Shown here: positions 8,968 through 19,083 of the stretch, piece after piece | Layout of the letters: every line of letters begins with the position of its first letter | How positions within the stretch are numbered: the first letter of the stretch is position 1 | Assembly: GCA_041650755.1 (NCBI GenBank) | Contig: JBAZKN010000005.1 | Span: forward strand, 580 to 64,579 | DNA: 64,000 bases | Direction of reading: 5' to 3' | Source: Patescibacteria group bacterium | Lineage (GTDB): Bacteria > Patescibacteriota > Patescibacteriia > UBA1558 > GWA2-36-10 | The notes under the pieces: generated by a model | Told to the model about the DNA's origin: nothing | The model's database searches: none | Seen by the model: only the letters and a program-made list of their open reading frames with translations | Translations under genes and position numbers: made by a program

Positions 8968-11900
8968 ATGCCGAGTAAAAAATCTCTAAGTTTTCGCCCC
9001 ATTATTGGCTTAATGTTGGCGAGTTTGTTTTTATCAAATTTTTCGCTAATTTTAGCCAAAAAAGCTCAAGCGCAAGAATCAGAACCGGAAATTTCTAACC
9101 AAATAACGCCGGTTGATCCGATTATCCAGCCTGTGGATAACTCAAATGGGGAAATCATGGGTCTGCCGATAAAGGAAATAGCTAAACCAATACCCAGTCC
9201 GATATTTTTGGATCCAGTTGTCGAAGATCCGGTTTTGGATCCGATAATCGAGGAGCCGTCATTAGATCCGATTATTGAGCCGGGCGATCAGGCACCGATA
9301 AGCGATGATGGCGCAATAAGCAACGACACTGCTGAAGAAATGGACATGATGTCTGGCGAAGATGGTGTGGTTGATATGTATGGTAATCGAGATAATGTTG
9401 GCAAACAGCCAAAAGATAAGGTGGGCAGCTATAATATCGATGAATTGACCGGCTTATTTTCTTATTCTTATTCCCTGTCTATCCCCAAGGGTCGAACCAA
9501 TCTACAGCCAGATATCGCTCTGCAATACAATCATCGGCAGGTGAATATTGGCTCTATGGCAGGTTTTGGCTGGAGTCTGTATATGCCAAGTATCGAAAGA
9601 GACAACCGTACTGGTATTGATAATATATATAATGAGAAATATTTTATTTTAAACTTGGGCGGCAGCAGTCAATTGCAGCCGATAAGCGTGGATAGCAGCG
9701 GCTATGGCACCTATGGCAAGCTGGTTGATTCTAATTTCGCTAAAGTTGAATTTAGCAGTGAAAACAAGTGGATAGTCACTGATAGATTGGGCACAGCTTA
9801 TACCTTTGGCGCCGATATAAATGCTCGACAGGATAACCCCAATAACTCCACCCAGATTTATAAATGGATGCTTCAGGAAATCAGGGATACTAATGATAAT
9901 TTCGTAAGGTATGAATATTATAAAGATAGCGGGCAAATTTATCCCAAGAAAATATTTTACACCGGCTCAGGTGTGACCGACGGTATTTATGAAGTTGATT
10001 TTCAGCCCTTTGCTTCCGGTAGTTTGACGCAAAACAATATTGCCAACTCATCTTACCAAACGGGTTTTGAAGTTAAAACGCAATATTTATTGGATAGAAT
10101 TGAAATTAAAGTAGAGGGCCAGATAAAAACTGTTTATGATTTAGTGCAACATTTGAATGAAACCAGCAGCAAATATTTATTGCAATCAATAGTGCCTCAA
10201 TTTTATAATGGCGGCGCAGGATTTACCAAAGATCAGGTGGATTTTCAGTATTCATATCAAGCAACCACGTATTCAGCTACTAGTCAGTACGACCTGCCAA
10301 ATAATATGATTTTAGGTGCCGAGAGCCAACAGGGATATGGCAAACAGGATTACTTTTTAGATTTAAATAGTGATAGTTATACTGATTTTATTCGGGTCAG
10401 TTGTTCCAGTGGACAAGTCGATGTTGACGCTTGGCTCAACAATGGTCAAGGAGCGTGGGCAACTAGCACAGCCTTTGATTTGAGCACTAGTTTTAGCGGT
10501 AATTGCGGCGGCGTGTTTGGTGGTACGTATTATTCCTTGCCTCTTACTTTTGCCAATCTAAACGGCGATCATTTTATGGATATGGCTATGGATGATCGTT
10601 TTTATATCAATAGCGGCAGTGGTTGGCAACAGTCATCTAGCACTCTGCCGGTATCATTGACTCAAGTATCGCATGCCGGTTTACCACCCATGAATCTAGT
10701 AATTTTTCAAGACATGAATGCTGACGGCTATGATGATATTATTTATAATAACCATACCGACCTTACGGCCAACATAGATGTTTATTTGCGTAATATCGGT
10801 ACCGGCGGCTGGATTCTGGATAATGATTATCATAATTCAGTGACCATGGAATCTAGTGATTGTCTGGCTTATGGGGGTGATCCTTATGGTTTTGCCGATC
10901 TAAATAATGATGGTCTGGGTGATGTGTTTTATAAATATAGCTGTCAATATGGCGAGCATCATGAGCAAGGCGAAGGCATACTTTTTAATACCGGTAGTAG
11001 CTTTATTTCCGGTACGGTGAGTATGGACTTGCCAATTATGAGTTATTTTTTAGACATAGCCACTCCAGAGCAAACAGTAAATTATTTTAGCGATTTGGAT
11101 GGAGATGGCTTGAGTGATCGTGGTTATTATCACAAGGTTGAGGAAAACAGCACATGGTCTCAAGGAAATTTGTCTTTAATGGGTCAAACTGTGTTTGATA
11201 CGGGGGATATAGAAGATTATGGGGACTATTATAAATTATCTTTACCAGTGGCCATCGCTGATTTCAATGGCGATCAGGTGCAAGATATCATTCATTCCGG
11301 CGGCTCATTTGCCGATACATATTTTGGCAAAGGAGAAAAATTGGATATCATGCGAGAGATTGATAATCAATCTGGTTCTAAGATATATATTAGCTATGGT
11401 TTTTCCGCTCAAGAAAAAAATACCGATGGCAGCCTGGCTAATCCGGATTTGCCGTTTAATATGTATGTAGCCAGAGAAGTAGTCATCGATGATGGCGTCA
11501 ATAATTGGTCTGGCTACCAATATCAGTACGCCGCTGGTAAAACAATGGAAATTGCCAGCGAGAAATTGCGCGATGTATATGGTTTTGCCAAAGTTACCAA
11601 TCGGCAGGGTCAGGCTTTGCCGATTGATTTGGGGGATGGAAGTGACGGTGTTTATGTATCTACCGGCAATGATATCTGGGAAACAGACAAAAATTTTACT
11701 TCTATATTAATCAATGAGGGGCACACTGTAGTTGTAAAAAATGGTATTAAGATAAAAAATCAAGGAGTCGCCGTCATTAATGGCATTTTGTCTGCGCTTG
11801 GCCAAGGGTACCAATATGATGAATCTGGCCCTGGTCAAGGCGGCAGCGGCTTGCTTTGCGGCATATATAACGCGGCCGGCGGCGGCGGCGGTTCGTATGG

Positions 11901-14900
11901 CGGTTTGGGAACCGCCGGCCAGGAGCCAAGCGGCTGCTCCAATAAAGCTGGCCAGCCCGGACCAACTTATGGTTATGAAGATTTAAATATAATGTTTTTG
12001 GGGTCTAGCGGCGGCAATGGCGGCGATGTTGGCCGAGGCGGCGGCTATGGAGATGCTGGCGCCGGCGGCAATGGCGGCGGTATTATAATATTAAATTCTT
12101 TATCTTTAGAGCTTGGCATCAACGGCCAGATCAATGCCAATGGCCAAGATGGCGGTTCAGCTACTTTGGATAGCGGTCTTTGGTCTGGCGCCGGCGGCGG
12201 CGGCGGATCGGGCGGATCAATATATATTCAAACCATTGAAACAACTAGTATCGGAAGTGGCCAGGTAAAGGCCTTGGGTGGCCAGGGCGGCAATGAATAC
12301 CATTCAGTCGGTATGGAACCCTCTGGTAATGGCGGCGTGGGCGGCGATGGCCGCATTAGAATAGAGTCGTACAATGGCCAGATCAATGGATCATCCCAAC
12401 CAAATTATTTTTCTAATACTGAATTTATTCCGTCTGTGAGCAATATCTACAATGACATAAATTTACAGAAAATAGTAAATGATTATAACATCGCTTCAGA
12501 CGCGGGCCTGTATCTGCACGGCAAAGTAAAGTATAGCAGCCGTTATGACTGGCAGGATAATATGTTGGGCAAGAAAATTGTTCAATGGCAGACAGAGGAT
12601 CTGGGTCAGAACAGAAGGTTTGTTTATAGTGATCAAGATACCGATACTCAGATTCATTTATTGGAGGGTGGGCCTTTGCGTGAGTATGATGTCGACGCCA
12701 ACACAGTAGCGCTATACCATATGAATGGTATTGTTGGCACGCAAGATAAAAAAGATAATGCCCAGGGCAATGGCACTTATGATTTGGTAGAGGAGGGTTT
12801 TGGCAGCGCCAACGTAGATACTGGCTTTAATGGCCAGGCTAACGGCGCCTATAAAGGAGTTTCCACTAATACTAGAGCATATGCACCAGTATATGGTATT
12901 GGCGACGATGCTTTTACTTTGGAAATGTGGATCAAGTATAATGGCAGCGTTTTGACTATGCGGCCGTTTGGCAAGATTAATAATAGTAATCTCGGTTTTG
13001 TGGCCGAATATGATAATAATCAAAATTATATTTGGTTTTATTCTCAATCTGACAAATATACCTGGACAGTGCATTCAGCGCAAAACTCCATACATTTGGG
13101 TCAATGGCAACATTATGCTTTTGTGGTGGATACGCAGAACGCCTATATTTATATTGATGGCGATTTATCTGGCCAAGGCCCAGTGACATATAATGGCGGT
13201 GATGCAGTCAACGAAAAGTTGTATCTATTTTGCCATAAGGCAAATTGTAATGATGCCGGGCCATTTTCTATTGATGAATTGCGTATCTCTAATATAGCCA
13301 GAAATAGCCAGGAAATATTTGATTATTATCACAACACGCAGGAGCCATACTATGAAACTAGCGTCGCTTCGCAATATGAATATAATACTGATAATGGCAA
13401 TTTGCTGACTAAACATGATTTAGGTAAAGTAACGGTTAATTTAAATACCGGTCAAATCACCGATCAGCTTACTGGTGACGAAAAAGACACCAACTACGAA
13501 TATGCCCAAAATACCACCAAGCATATCCTGGCTGCCCCGAAGAATAAGGAAATCAGCAGCATTGCCGAAAGTAAAGATCAGGATTTATATTATGATAATT
13601 TACCTTTGGGCCAAGTAGAAAAAGTCAATCTTACCAAAGAAGATTATAAAACAGACGCGGTCGAAGTAAAACGAGTTTTCAACAGCTATGGTTTGGTCAG
13701 CGCCGAGATTGATCCAAAAAATGCCACCACCACCATCGTCTACGACAGCCCCAATCTTTATCCGGCTTCTGCGACCAATGCCTTGAATCAGGTGACTTTG
13801 ACTGACTACAATTTATTCAACGGCCAAGTAGCCAGCTCCACCGATCCCAATGGCTCAAGAACCGTAAATACATTTGACGCTTTTGGCCGCCTGGTCCTAA
13901 CGCAGATTTCCGATCCTGGCAATCCGACAACTTTGCTGACCAAGCAAGAAATAAGTTATCAAGACACGATTTTGCCTAGATACAAAGAAGTCAAAGATTA
14001 TTATACCGCCAGTCAATATCAGACTAGCAGGGAATACTATGATGGTCTTAATAGAGTGGTTCAGAAAAAATCCCAGACCGGAAATTCCGGCGAATATGCC
14101 ACAGTAGATATTAGCTATGATGCTCAAGGCAGAGTAGAGCGCCAGTCTTTGCCCTATATGACCAGCAGTTTGGCCTATAGCTCGGCAGATCTGTCCAAAC
14201 CAGCTAAAACCTATACTTATGATGCTCAAGACAGGATTTTGACCGAAACAACGCCGGTTGGCACAAGCAGCTATGAGTATGACGGCTTCATTACTGTTAT
14301 CACTGACGCCAATGGCCACGTCAAAGAATTGACCAAAGATGCCTATGGCAATTTAGTCCAAGTCAAAGAGCACAATGGCGCCAGTGTCTATACTACCAAC
14401 TACGAATATACATTGACAAACAAGCTCAAGAAAATCACGGACAGTGCTGGCAATATTCGCAACTTTAGCTATGATGCTCTGGACAATTTGACTTGGCAGG
14501 ACATGGTGCATAAGCCCAGTGTTGCAAATCCCGCCAAGATCCAATACACCTATGACAAAAATGGCAATGTCTTAACAGAAACATCTTTTAAGAACGATGC
14601 CATATCCTATACTTATGATAATTTAAACAGAGTCCTGAATGAAAAATTGTCCGGCGCTACTAAAATAAACTACACTTATGACAATGGCCAGTATAATAAA
14701 GGCAAGCTTATTTTCGCTGATTATGGCTTAGGCAATTCTAAGCGCTATAACTATGATATTTTGGGCCGCCTGACTACCGCCACCACTACCATTGCCAATG
14801 AGCCCTTTGTCTTAAAGTACGAGTACAATCTAGCCGGCGCTCTATCCAAAGTCACTTATCCAAACAATTGGCAAGTAGCTTACAGCTTCAATGATATCGG

Positions 14901-16722
14901 CCAAGTAAGCTCTATATCTCTGGACAAAGGCCAAGGCCCAATAAATATAGCCACCAATATCATTTACAACCAAAATGGCCAGATGACTCACCTGGAAAGG
15001 GACAATGACGCCATAACCGACTATACCTATGACCCCAATCAAGCCTTTAGACTGACCAGGATTCTGACTACTTCTGGCCAGGACACTCTGCAAGACCTCA
15101 ACTATACCTATGACGATGTAGGCAATATCTTGAACATAGTAGATAACGCCAATACTGATCTCAAGAAATCAGCTACCTACACCTACGATGACTTAAATAG
15201 GTTGCTTTCAGCTACAGTAAGCTACACCAACCACCCAGATAAAAACTACACCCAGACATTTACCTATGACAGTATTGGTAATATGACAGCAAACTCTGAT
15301 CTAGGTACAATGAACTATCTAAATAACAATCCTCATCAGCTCACCTCTGTAGGCTCAAGGAACTTTGTCTATGACAATGCCGGCAACCTTAATAGGGAAA
15401 TAGGCCTAAGAAAGTACTACTGGGACCATAGAAACAGACTAAAGAATACTTTTGATATAGCTTCAGAAGACAACACCTACTATCTCTATGACCATAATAA
15501 CCAAAGATTCATAAAATGGACTGAAGACTACCTCTACTACCCTCCAGATCCAGAAATACCCACTGAATCTCTATCTATTCCCGACAGAGGCCTGGATAAT
15601 CTAGATTCTACTGAAGAACTGACCCTAGACGGTGGCACAGGCTACTGGGCTTGGACTGTGGTATCACAGGATAAGTATGTTGATAAATACTTTGAGAAGA
15701 ACCTTAATAACCAGACTAAAACCCACCTATACCTCGATAATATTAAATTAGCTACTATAAATAATAATGGTAATCCAAACTACATACTATCTGACCACTT
15801 AAGCTCTTCAGATATTATTATAGACAGCTCTGGATCTATTATGGAGTCAACTGATTACAAACCTTTTGGTAGTATACAAGCTGAATATACTGTTACAGAC
15901 CCCATTTCAGACTACAAGTTTTCAGGGAAAGAGGTGGACGAGGAGAGTGCTTTACAATATTTTGGGGCAAGGTATAATGATAATCAGTTGGGGAGGTTTA
16001 TAACGATAGATCCATTACTCTTAGATTTGGAAGATAGTGAAAATTACAATAAGCAAATATTAGAACTATTTATAGATCCTCAACAACTGAACTCATACAG
16101 CTATGCCAGGAATAACCCAATTATTTACACTGATCCATCTGGTCAGTATGTAGAAACAGCCCTTGATTTGATTTCCCTAGCTTTATCTTATTACGATTAT
16201 CAACATAAAAAGAGTACCTGGAACATGGTATTTCTGGGGCTAGATATAGTAGGCGTTGCAGCTCCTTTGCCATCGTTAGGACTAGCAAAGAATGGATACA
16301 GAACATACAAAATAGCTGATTATTTCCATGGTATTGCCAAAAATGTTGATGATGTTATAAACTTAGGGGAGCTATTTGTTAAGAATGCAAATTTTAAGTT
16401 CACTCAAAGAGCCTGGTCTGCTGGTGAAGCTGGAAATGATGTAGCTAGTTTAGTCGGGCATTATTATAAACATGGAGCAGAAGTTGGGGCTAAGAATGTT
16501 GATGAGTATTATAGTATGGCTAATAGTTTAATCAATTCCGCAGATAATACAACCGTCTTCAAACTTGATGGTGTTTATGGCAAGGGTTATGTTGATTATT
16601 TTAATCCTACAACACGTGAGTTAGTCGGTTTAAATAAGAGTGGCCAAATAAGTTCCTATCAAATGGTCTATGATCAAGTAAAATTTGATAAGTTAAGCGA
16701 TGCTGTTAATAATTTAAGGTAA
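8968..16722 (+). CDS. Giant secreted RHS/YD-repeat polymorphic toxin, a fused Tc-toxin TcB/TcC-like protein (SpvB-N, FG-GAP-like propeller, Gly-rich beta-helix-like segment, LamG-like, YD repeats, RHS core, C-terminal toxin)
   Basis: Signal peptide. SpvB-like 'GFGWSLYMPSIERD' with 'LQPDIALQYNHRQ'. FG-GAP-like 'DLNGDHFMD / DMNADGYDD / DLNNDGLGD / DFNGDQVQD'. 'ELRISNIARN' is LamG-like. Many YD repeats (YTYDAQDRIL, YEYDGFITV, YTYDKNGNVL...). RHS core 'YKFSGKEVDEESALQYFGARYNDNQLGRFITIDP ... NSYSYARNNPIIYTDPSGQY'. A unique C-terminal domain of about 190 aa follows. Confidence 0.85.
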   Translation: MPSKKSLSFRPIIGLMLASLFLSNFSLILAKKAQAQESEPEISNQITPVDPIIQPVDNSNGEIMGLPIKEIAKPIPSPIFLDPVVEDPVLDPIIEEPSLDPIIEPGDQAPISDDGAISNDTAEEMDMMSGEDGVVDMYGNRDNVGKQPKDKVGSYNIDELTGLFSYSYSLSIPKGRTNLQPDIALQYNHRQVNIGSMAGFGWSLYMPSIERDNRTGIDNIYNEKYFILNLGGSSQLQPISVDSSGYGTYGKLVDSNFAKVEFSSENKWIVTDRLGTAYTFGADINARQDNPNNSTQIYKWMLQEIRDTNDNFVRYEYYKDSGQIYPKKIFYTGSGVTDGIYEVDFQPFASGSLTQNNIANSSYQTGFEVKTQYLLDRIEIKVEGQIKTVYDLVQHLNETSSKYLLQSIVPQFYNGGAGFTKDQVDFQYSYQATTYSATSQYDLPNNMILGAESQQGYGKQDYFLDLNSDSYTDFIRVSCSSGQVDVDAWLNNGQGAWATSTAFDLSTSFSGNCGGVFGGTYYSLPLTFANLNGDHFMDMAMDDRFYINSGSGWQQSSSTLPVSLTQVSHAGLPPMNLVIFQDMNADGYDDIIYNNHTDLTANIDVYLRNIGTGGWILDNDYHNSVTMESSDCLAYGGDPYGFADLNNDGLGDVFYKYSCQYGEHHEQGEGILFNTGSSFISGTVSMDLPIMSYFLDIATPEQTVNYFSDLDGDGLSDRGYYHKVEENSTWSQGNLSLMGQTVFDTGDIEDYGDYYKLSLPVAIADFNGDQVQDIIHSGGSFADTYFGKGEKLDIMREIDNQSGSKIYISYGFSAQEKNTDGSLANPDLPFNMYVAREVVIDDGVNNWSGYQYQYAAGKTMEIASEKLRDVYGFAKVTNRQGQALPIDLGDGSDGVYVSTGNDIWETDKNFTSILINEGHTVVVKNGIKIKNQGVAVINGILSALGQGYQYDESGPGQGGSGLLCGIYNAAGGGGGSYGGLGTAGQEPSGCSNKAGQPGPTYGYEDLNIMFLGSSGGNGGDVGRGGGYGDAGAGGNGGGIIILNSLSLELGINGQINANGQDGGSATLDSGLWSGAGGGGGSGGSIYIQTIETTSIGSGQVKALGGQGGNEYHSVGMEPSGNGGVGGDGRIRIESYNGQINGSSQPNYFSNTEFIPSVSNIYNDINLQKIVNDYNIASDAGLYLHGKVKYSSRYDWQDNMLGKKIVQWQTEDLGQNRRFVYSDQDTDTQIHLLEGGPLREYDVDANTVALYHMNGIVGTQDKKDNAQGNGTYDLVEEGFGSANVDTGFNGQANGAYKGVSTNTRAYAPVYGIGDDAFTLEMWIKYNGSVLTMRPFGKINNSNLGFVAEYDNNQNYIWFYSQSDKYTWTVHSAQNSIHLGQWQHYAFVVDTQNAYIYIDGDLSGQGPVTYNGGDAVNEKLYLFCHKANCNDAGPFSIDELRISNIARNSQEIFDYYHNTQEPYYETSVASQYEYNTDNGNLLTKHDLGKVTVNLNTGQITDQLTGDEKDTNYEYAQNTTKHILAAPKNKEISSIAESKDQDLYYDNLPLGQVEKVNLTKEDYKTDAVEVKRVFNSYGLVSAEIDPKNATTTIVYDSPNLYPASATNALNQVTLTDYNLFNGQVASSTDPNGSRTVNTFDAFGRLVLTQISDPGNPTTLLTKQEISYQDTILPRYKEVKDYYTASQYQTSREYYDGLNRVVQKKSQTGNSGEYATVDISYDAQGRVERQSLPYMTSSLAYSSADLSKPAKTYTYDAQDRILTETTPVGTSSYEYDGFITVITDANGHVKELTKDAYGNLVQVKEHNGASVYTTNYEYTLTNKLKKITDSAGNIRNFSYDALDNLTWQDMVHKPSVANPAKIQYTYDKNGNVLTETSFKNDAISYTYDNLNRVLNEKLSGATKINYTYDNGQYNKGKLIFADYGLGNSKRYNYDILGRLTTATTTIANEPFVLKYEYNLAGALSKVTYPNNWQVAYSFNDIGQVSSISLDKGQGPINIATNIIYNQNGQMTHLERDNDAITDYTYDPNQAFRLTRILTTSGQDTLQDLNYTYDDVGNILNIVDNANTDLKKSATYTYDDLNRLLSATVSYTNHPDKNYTQTFTYDSIGNMTANSDLGTMNYLNNNPHQLTSVGSRNFVYDNAGNLNREIGLRKYYWDHRNRLKNTFDIASEDNTYYLYDHNNQRFIKWTEDYLYYPPDPEIPTESLSIPDRGLDNLDSTEELTLDGGTGYWAWTVVSQDKYVDKYFEKNLNNQTKTHLYLDNIKLATINNNGNPNYILSDHLSSSDIIIDSSGSIMESTDYKPFGSIQAEYTVTDPISDYKFSGKEVDEESALQYFGARYNDNQLGRFITIDPLLLDLEDSENYNKQILELFIDPQQLNSYSYARNNPIIYTDPSGQYVETALDLISLALSYYDYQHKKSTWNMVFLGLDIVGVAAPLPSLGLAKNGYRTYKIADYFHGIAKNVDDVINLGELFVKNANFKFTQRAWSAGEAGNDVASLVGHYYKHGAEVGAKNVDEYYSMANSLINSADNTTVFKLDGVYGKGYVDYFNPTTRELVGLNKSGQISSYQMVYDQVKFDKLSDAVNNLR

Positions 16723-16726
16723 AATT

Positions 16727-17032
16727 ATGATAAAAGAAGACATTATTGAGAAGTATAAAGATTTTCGTCTTGGGTATCGTGATTATGAGAAAGATGACAA
16801 ATATGTGGGCGACTTCAAAAATTTTAATGTTGTAGTTAAATGGATTTTATTGATGCCAGAGAGGTATACAGATTTAACAAAAGAGGGGTTTATGTTTATT
16901 GACGAATATCATGGGATTGATAATATTTTGAAAAAAATTTTAGAGGACTATCCAGATTTTCCATTTGATGGAAACGATCCTAAAAAGTATATGAAAGAAG
17001 TGTTAACAAATGCTGTATCTGGAAAAAGATAA
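16727..17032 (+). CDS. Candidate immunity protein for the main RHS toxin
   Basis: Small acidic ORF 4 nt downstream of the RHS stop. The toxin/immunity arrangement is typical. Confidence 0.4.
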   Translation: MIKEDIIEKYKDFRLGYRDYEKDDKYVGDFKNFNVVVKWILLMPERYTDLTKEGFMFIDEYHGIDNILKKILEDYPDFPFDGNDPKKYMKEVLTNAVSGKR

Positions 17033-17039
17033 GGATATT

Positions 17040-17270
17040 AGCTTTTTTTATAAGCAAATATCGTGTAAGTAATTATCGCTAAAATAAATATCCTCGCCTA
17101 GCCAAGGTGAGCTAGAAATTTAGAGACGAGTCAGAGCGTTACGAAGTAAGCGACGCAATGTTTGAGCGCAGCGAGTTTTGCGTTGCTAGTGATGACGAGT
17201 CCTAAATTCTGTGAACCTTGGCTCAAGCGAGCGACTTTTTTGGCTACTTTTTTGGTCGTACAAAAAAGTA
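17040..17270. repeat. GC-rich palindromic intergenic element (MITE/REP-like)
   Basis: GC-rich block in an AT-rich background with nested inverted repeats (gcgacgcaa...ttgcgttgc; tacttttttg...caaaaaagta). Confidence 0.4.
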
Positions 17271-17276
17271 GCATAA

Positions 17277-18296
17277 GACAAATACATTGATAAGTACTTT
17301 GAGAAGAATCTGAATAACCAGACTAAGTCTCATATTTATTTGAATGATATAAAGATAGCTACGGTGAATAACAATAATGACCCATATTATATACTATCAG
17401 ATCATTTGAGTTCTAGCTCAATACTGACTGATAGTACTGGCACCACAGCTCAATTGTCAGATTACAAGCCATTTGGTAATATTAACTATGATAATGAGAT
17501 CATTGACTTAAAGAATGATTATAAGTTCACTGGACGGGAGTATGACGAAGAGACCAATATTCAGTATTTTGGAGCGAGGTATTATGATAACCAGTTGGGT
17601 AGATTTACGGCTATAGATCCGTTAATGATTGATATCTTAGATGCTAAGAAGTATAATAAGAATACTGATGAAATTTTAGCTAATCCCCAAGAATTAAATT
17701 CTTATTCTTATGTAGCCAATAATCCTGTGGTATATGTAGATCCAACAGGAGCCATCAAAGTGAATTATGATGATGCCACTGATGAGCAGAAAACTCAATT
17801 CAAAGAGGCGCTAGTTAAATTGCATGATTTGGTTCAAAATAATCAAGAGATACAGGATTATTTTAAATCATTTGATAAAGATATTGATATTGTTAAGATT
17901 TTGAGCAGTGACGAAAAATATGGTCCGGACGTATTTATAGGAGTGGATGATAACCCCGATAAACCGCTAGCTGGGTCATATAATGGAGATTGGTGGTTTA
18001 ATGATGTAAACATATATGATCTTGGATTAGAGGGTGATTCTGAGTCAATTGGTAGCACTTTAATTCACGAACTGAGCCACTGGGCTAATGATGCAGGTAG
18101 TTGGTTCGGTGATAAAAATCCAAATATAAGTGGATTTAAATCCTATGAACATTTTATGAGTCAGCAAAACTCCAAAGACCAGGGATTATCAGGTTATGAA
18201 AAGCAGCAACGATTTAATACATATTATAAGGTTATGAGTGATTGGGGAGGGCCTTATGGATATTTCGCTGAGGATATTCTATACGGTAAATATTAA
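17277..18296 (+). CDS. Orphan RHS C-terminal cassette 1 (no ATG; RHS core fragment plus HExxH metallopeptidase-like toxin tip)
   Basis: Frame is open from 17277 directly after a stop. About 75% nucleotide similarity to 15680-15860 of the main rhs. 'YKFTGREYDEETNIQYFGARYYDNQLGRFTAIDP ... VYVDPTGA'. Toxin region carries 'HELSHW'. Confidence 0.7.
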   Translation, partial: DKYIDKYFEKNLNNQTKSHIYLNDIKIATVNNNNDPYYILSDHLSSSSILTDSTGTTAQLSDYKPFGNINYDNEIIDLKNDYKFTGREYDEETNIQYFGARYYDNQLGRFTAIDPLMIDILDAKKYNKNTDEILANPQELNSYSYVANNPVVYVDPTGAIKVNYDDATDEQKTQFKEALVKLHDLVQNNQEIQDYFKSFDKDIDIVKILSSDEKYGPDVFIGVDDNPDKPLAGSYNGDWWFNDVNIYDLGLEGDSESIGSTLIHELSHWANDAGSWFGDKNPNISGFKSYEHFMSQQNSKDQGLSGYEKQQRFNTYYKVMSDWGGPYGYFAEDILYGKY

Positions 18297-18301
18297 AATA
18301 T

Positions 18302-18709
18302 ATGATTATGAATAAGAAAATTAATCTGATTTTAACAATTTTAATTGGTTTAGGACTTCTGCTTTTTGGTCTATCGCCCATGACTCCTTATACACCTTAC
18401 GTTCTGCTAGTATTATTGATTATTTTATTTACTTCTACCTTTAAGTTTCGTGAAAAGAAAATAATCAGTTCACTTTTCTATATCATGTTGGTGTTATCTG
18501 TATTATATATGATAATACCATTTAAGATCATAAATATAAACAATGCAGAAGATGTTAAATTATTTTTTGTAGGAGATGAAAAGGTTAAAATTTTACCTAT
18601 CGTAAATGCAGATTTGGAATATCTAGATAAGCGTCCACTGGAAGTTTACCCGGTTGGTGATGTTATTATTAGAATAGCCCCTCATTACGTAGTGCTTATA
18701 AGGAACTAA
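18302..18709 (+). CDS. Membrane protein, candidate immunity for orphan cassette 1
   Basis: 3 TM helices. Lies immediately downstream of the toxin tip. Confidence 0.4.
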   Translation: MIMNKKINLILTILIGLGLLLFGLSPMTPYTPYVLLVLLIILFTSTFKFREKKIISSLFYIMLVLSVLYMIIPFKIININNAEDVKLFFVGDEKVKILPIVNADLEYLDKRPLEVYPVGDVIIRIAPHYVVLIRN

Positions 18710-18716
18710 TAAATAC

Positions 18717-18745
18717 AAAAAACCGCCTTTCTGGCGGTTTTTTGA
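18717..18745 (+). terminator. Rho-independent terminator
   Basis: aaaaccgcc-tttct-ggcggtttttt. Confidence 0.6.
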
Positions 18746-18749
18746 TGTA

Positions 18750-19075
18750 GGTAAGCTGTTGGTAACTAGAGCCTTCGCAAGACCTCAAAAGTGAGCTAAG
18801 CTAAAGGTGGACTTTTAGTTCTTTTTTAGCTAAAATATAGTTAACAATTAAATAACATTGGCTTAACAGCCAAGCGCCTAAACTTAAGGATTTTCCTTGG
18901 GCATGGTGCAAAAACCTATAACAGTAAATGGCTCGTCGTCAGAGCACTGTTATAGGTCATGCCTCGAAAGGGGTATGGGTCTCCGTAAGGGGATCGCTGG
19001 CGGCGGGCTTTTTGCATCTCCGGCAGCCCTCTCACTTAGGTCGAAAGTGAGTCTAGGAATTAATTATTAATCAAA
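18750..19075. ncRNA. Candidate structured RNA or island-border element (unassigned)
   Basis: GC-rich. Nested perfect stems (ggcatgg...cctataacagt / actgttatagg...tcatgcc), GNRA-like 'cgaaagg' and 'tcgaaagtga' loops, no ORF. Confidence 0.25.
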
Positions 19076-19083
19076 ATAATTTT

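Noticed and set aside
11777-11986. Antisense and overlapping ORFs (11777-11965 minus, 11780-11986 plus, 11219-11710, 12712-13416, 13897-14544, etc.) inside the giant rhs gene
   Set aside because: They are embedded in a long continuous coding frame with clear domain content. The Ala/Arg/Pro-rich translations come from reading the GC-rich Gly-codon segment in another frame.
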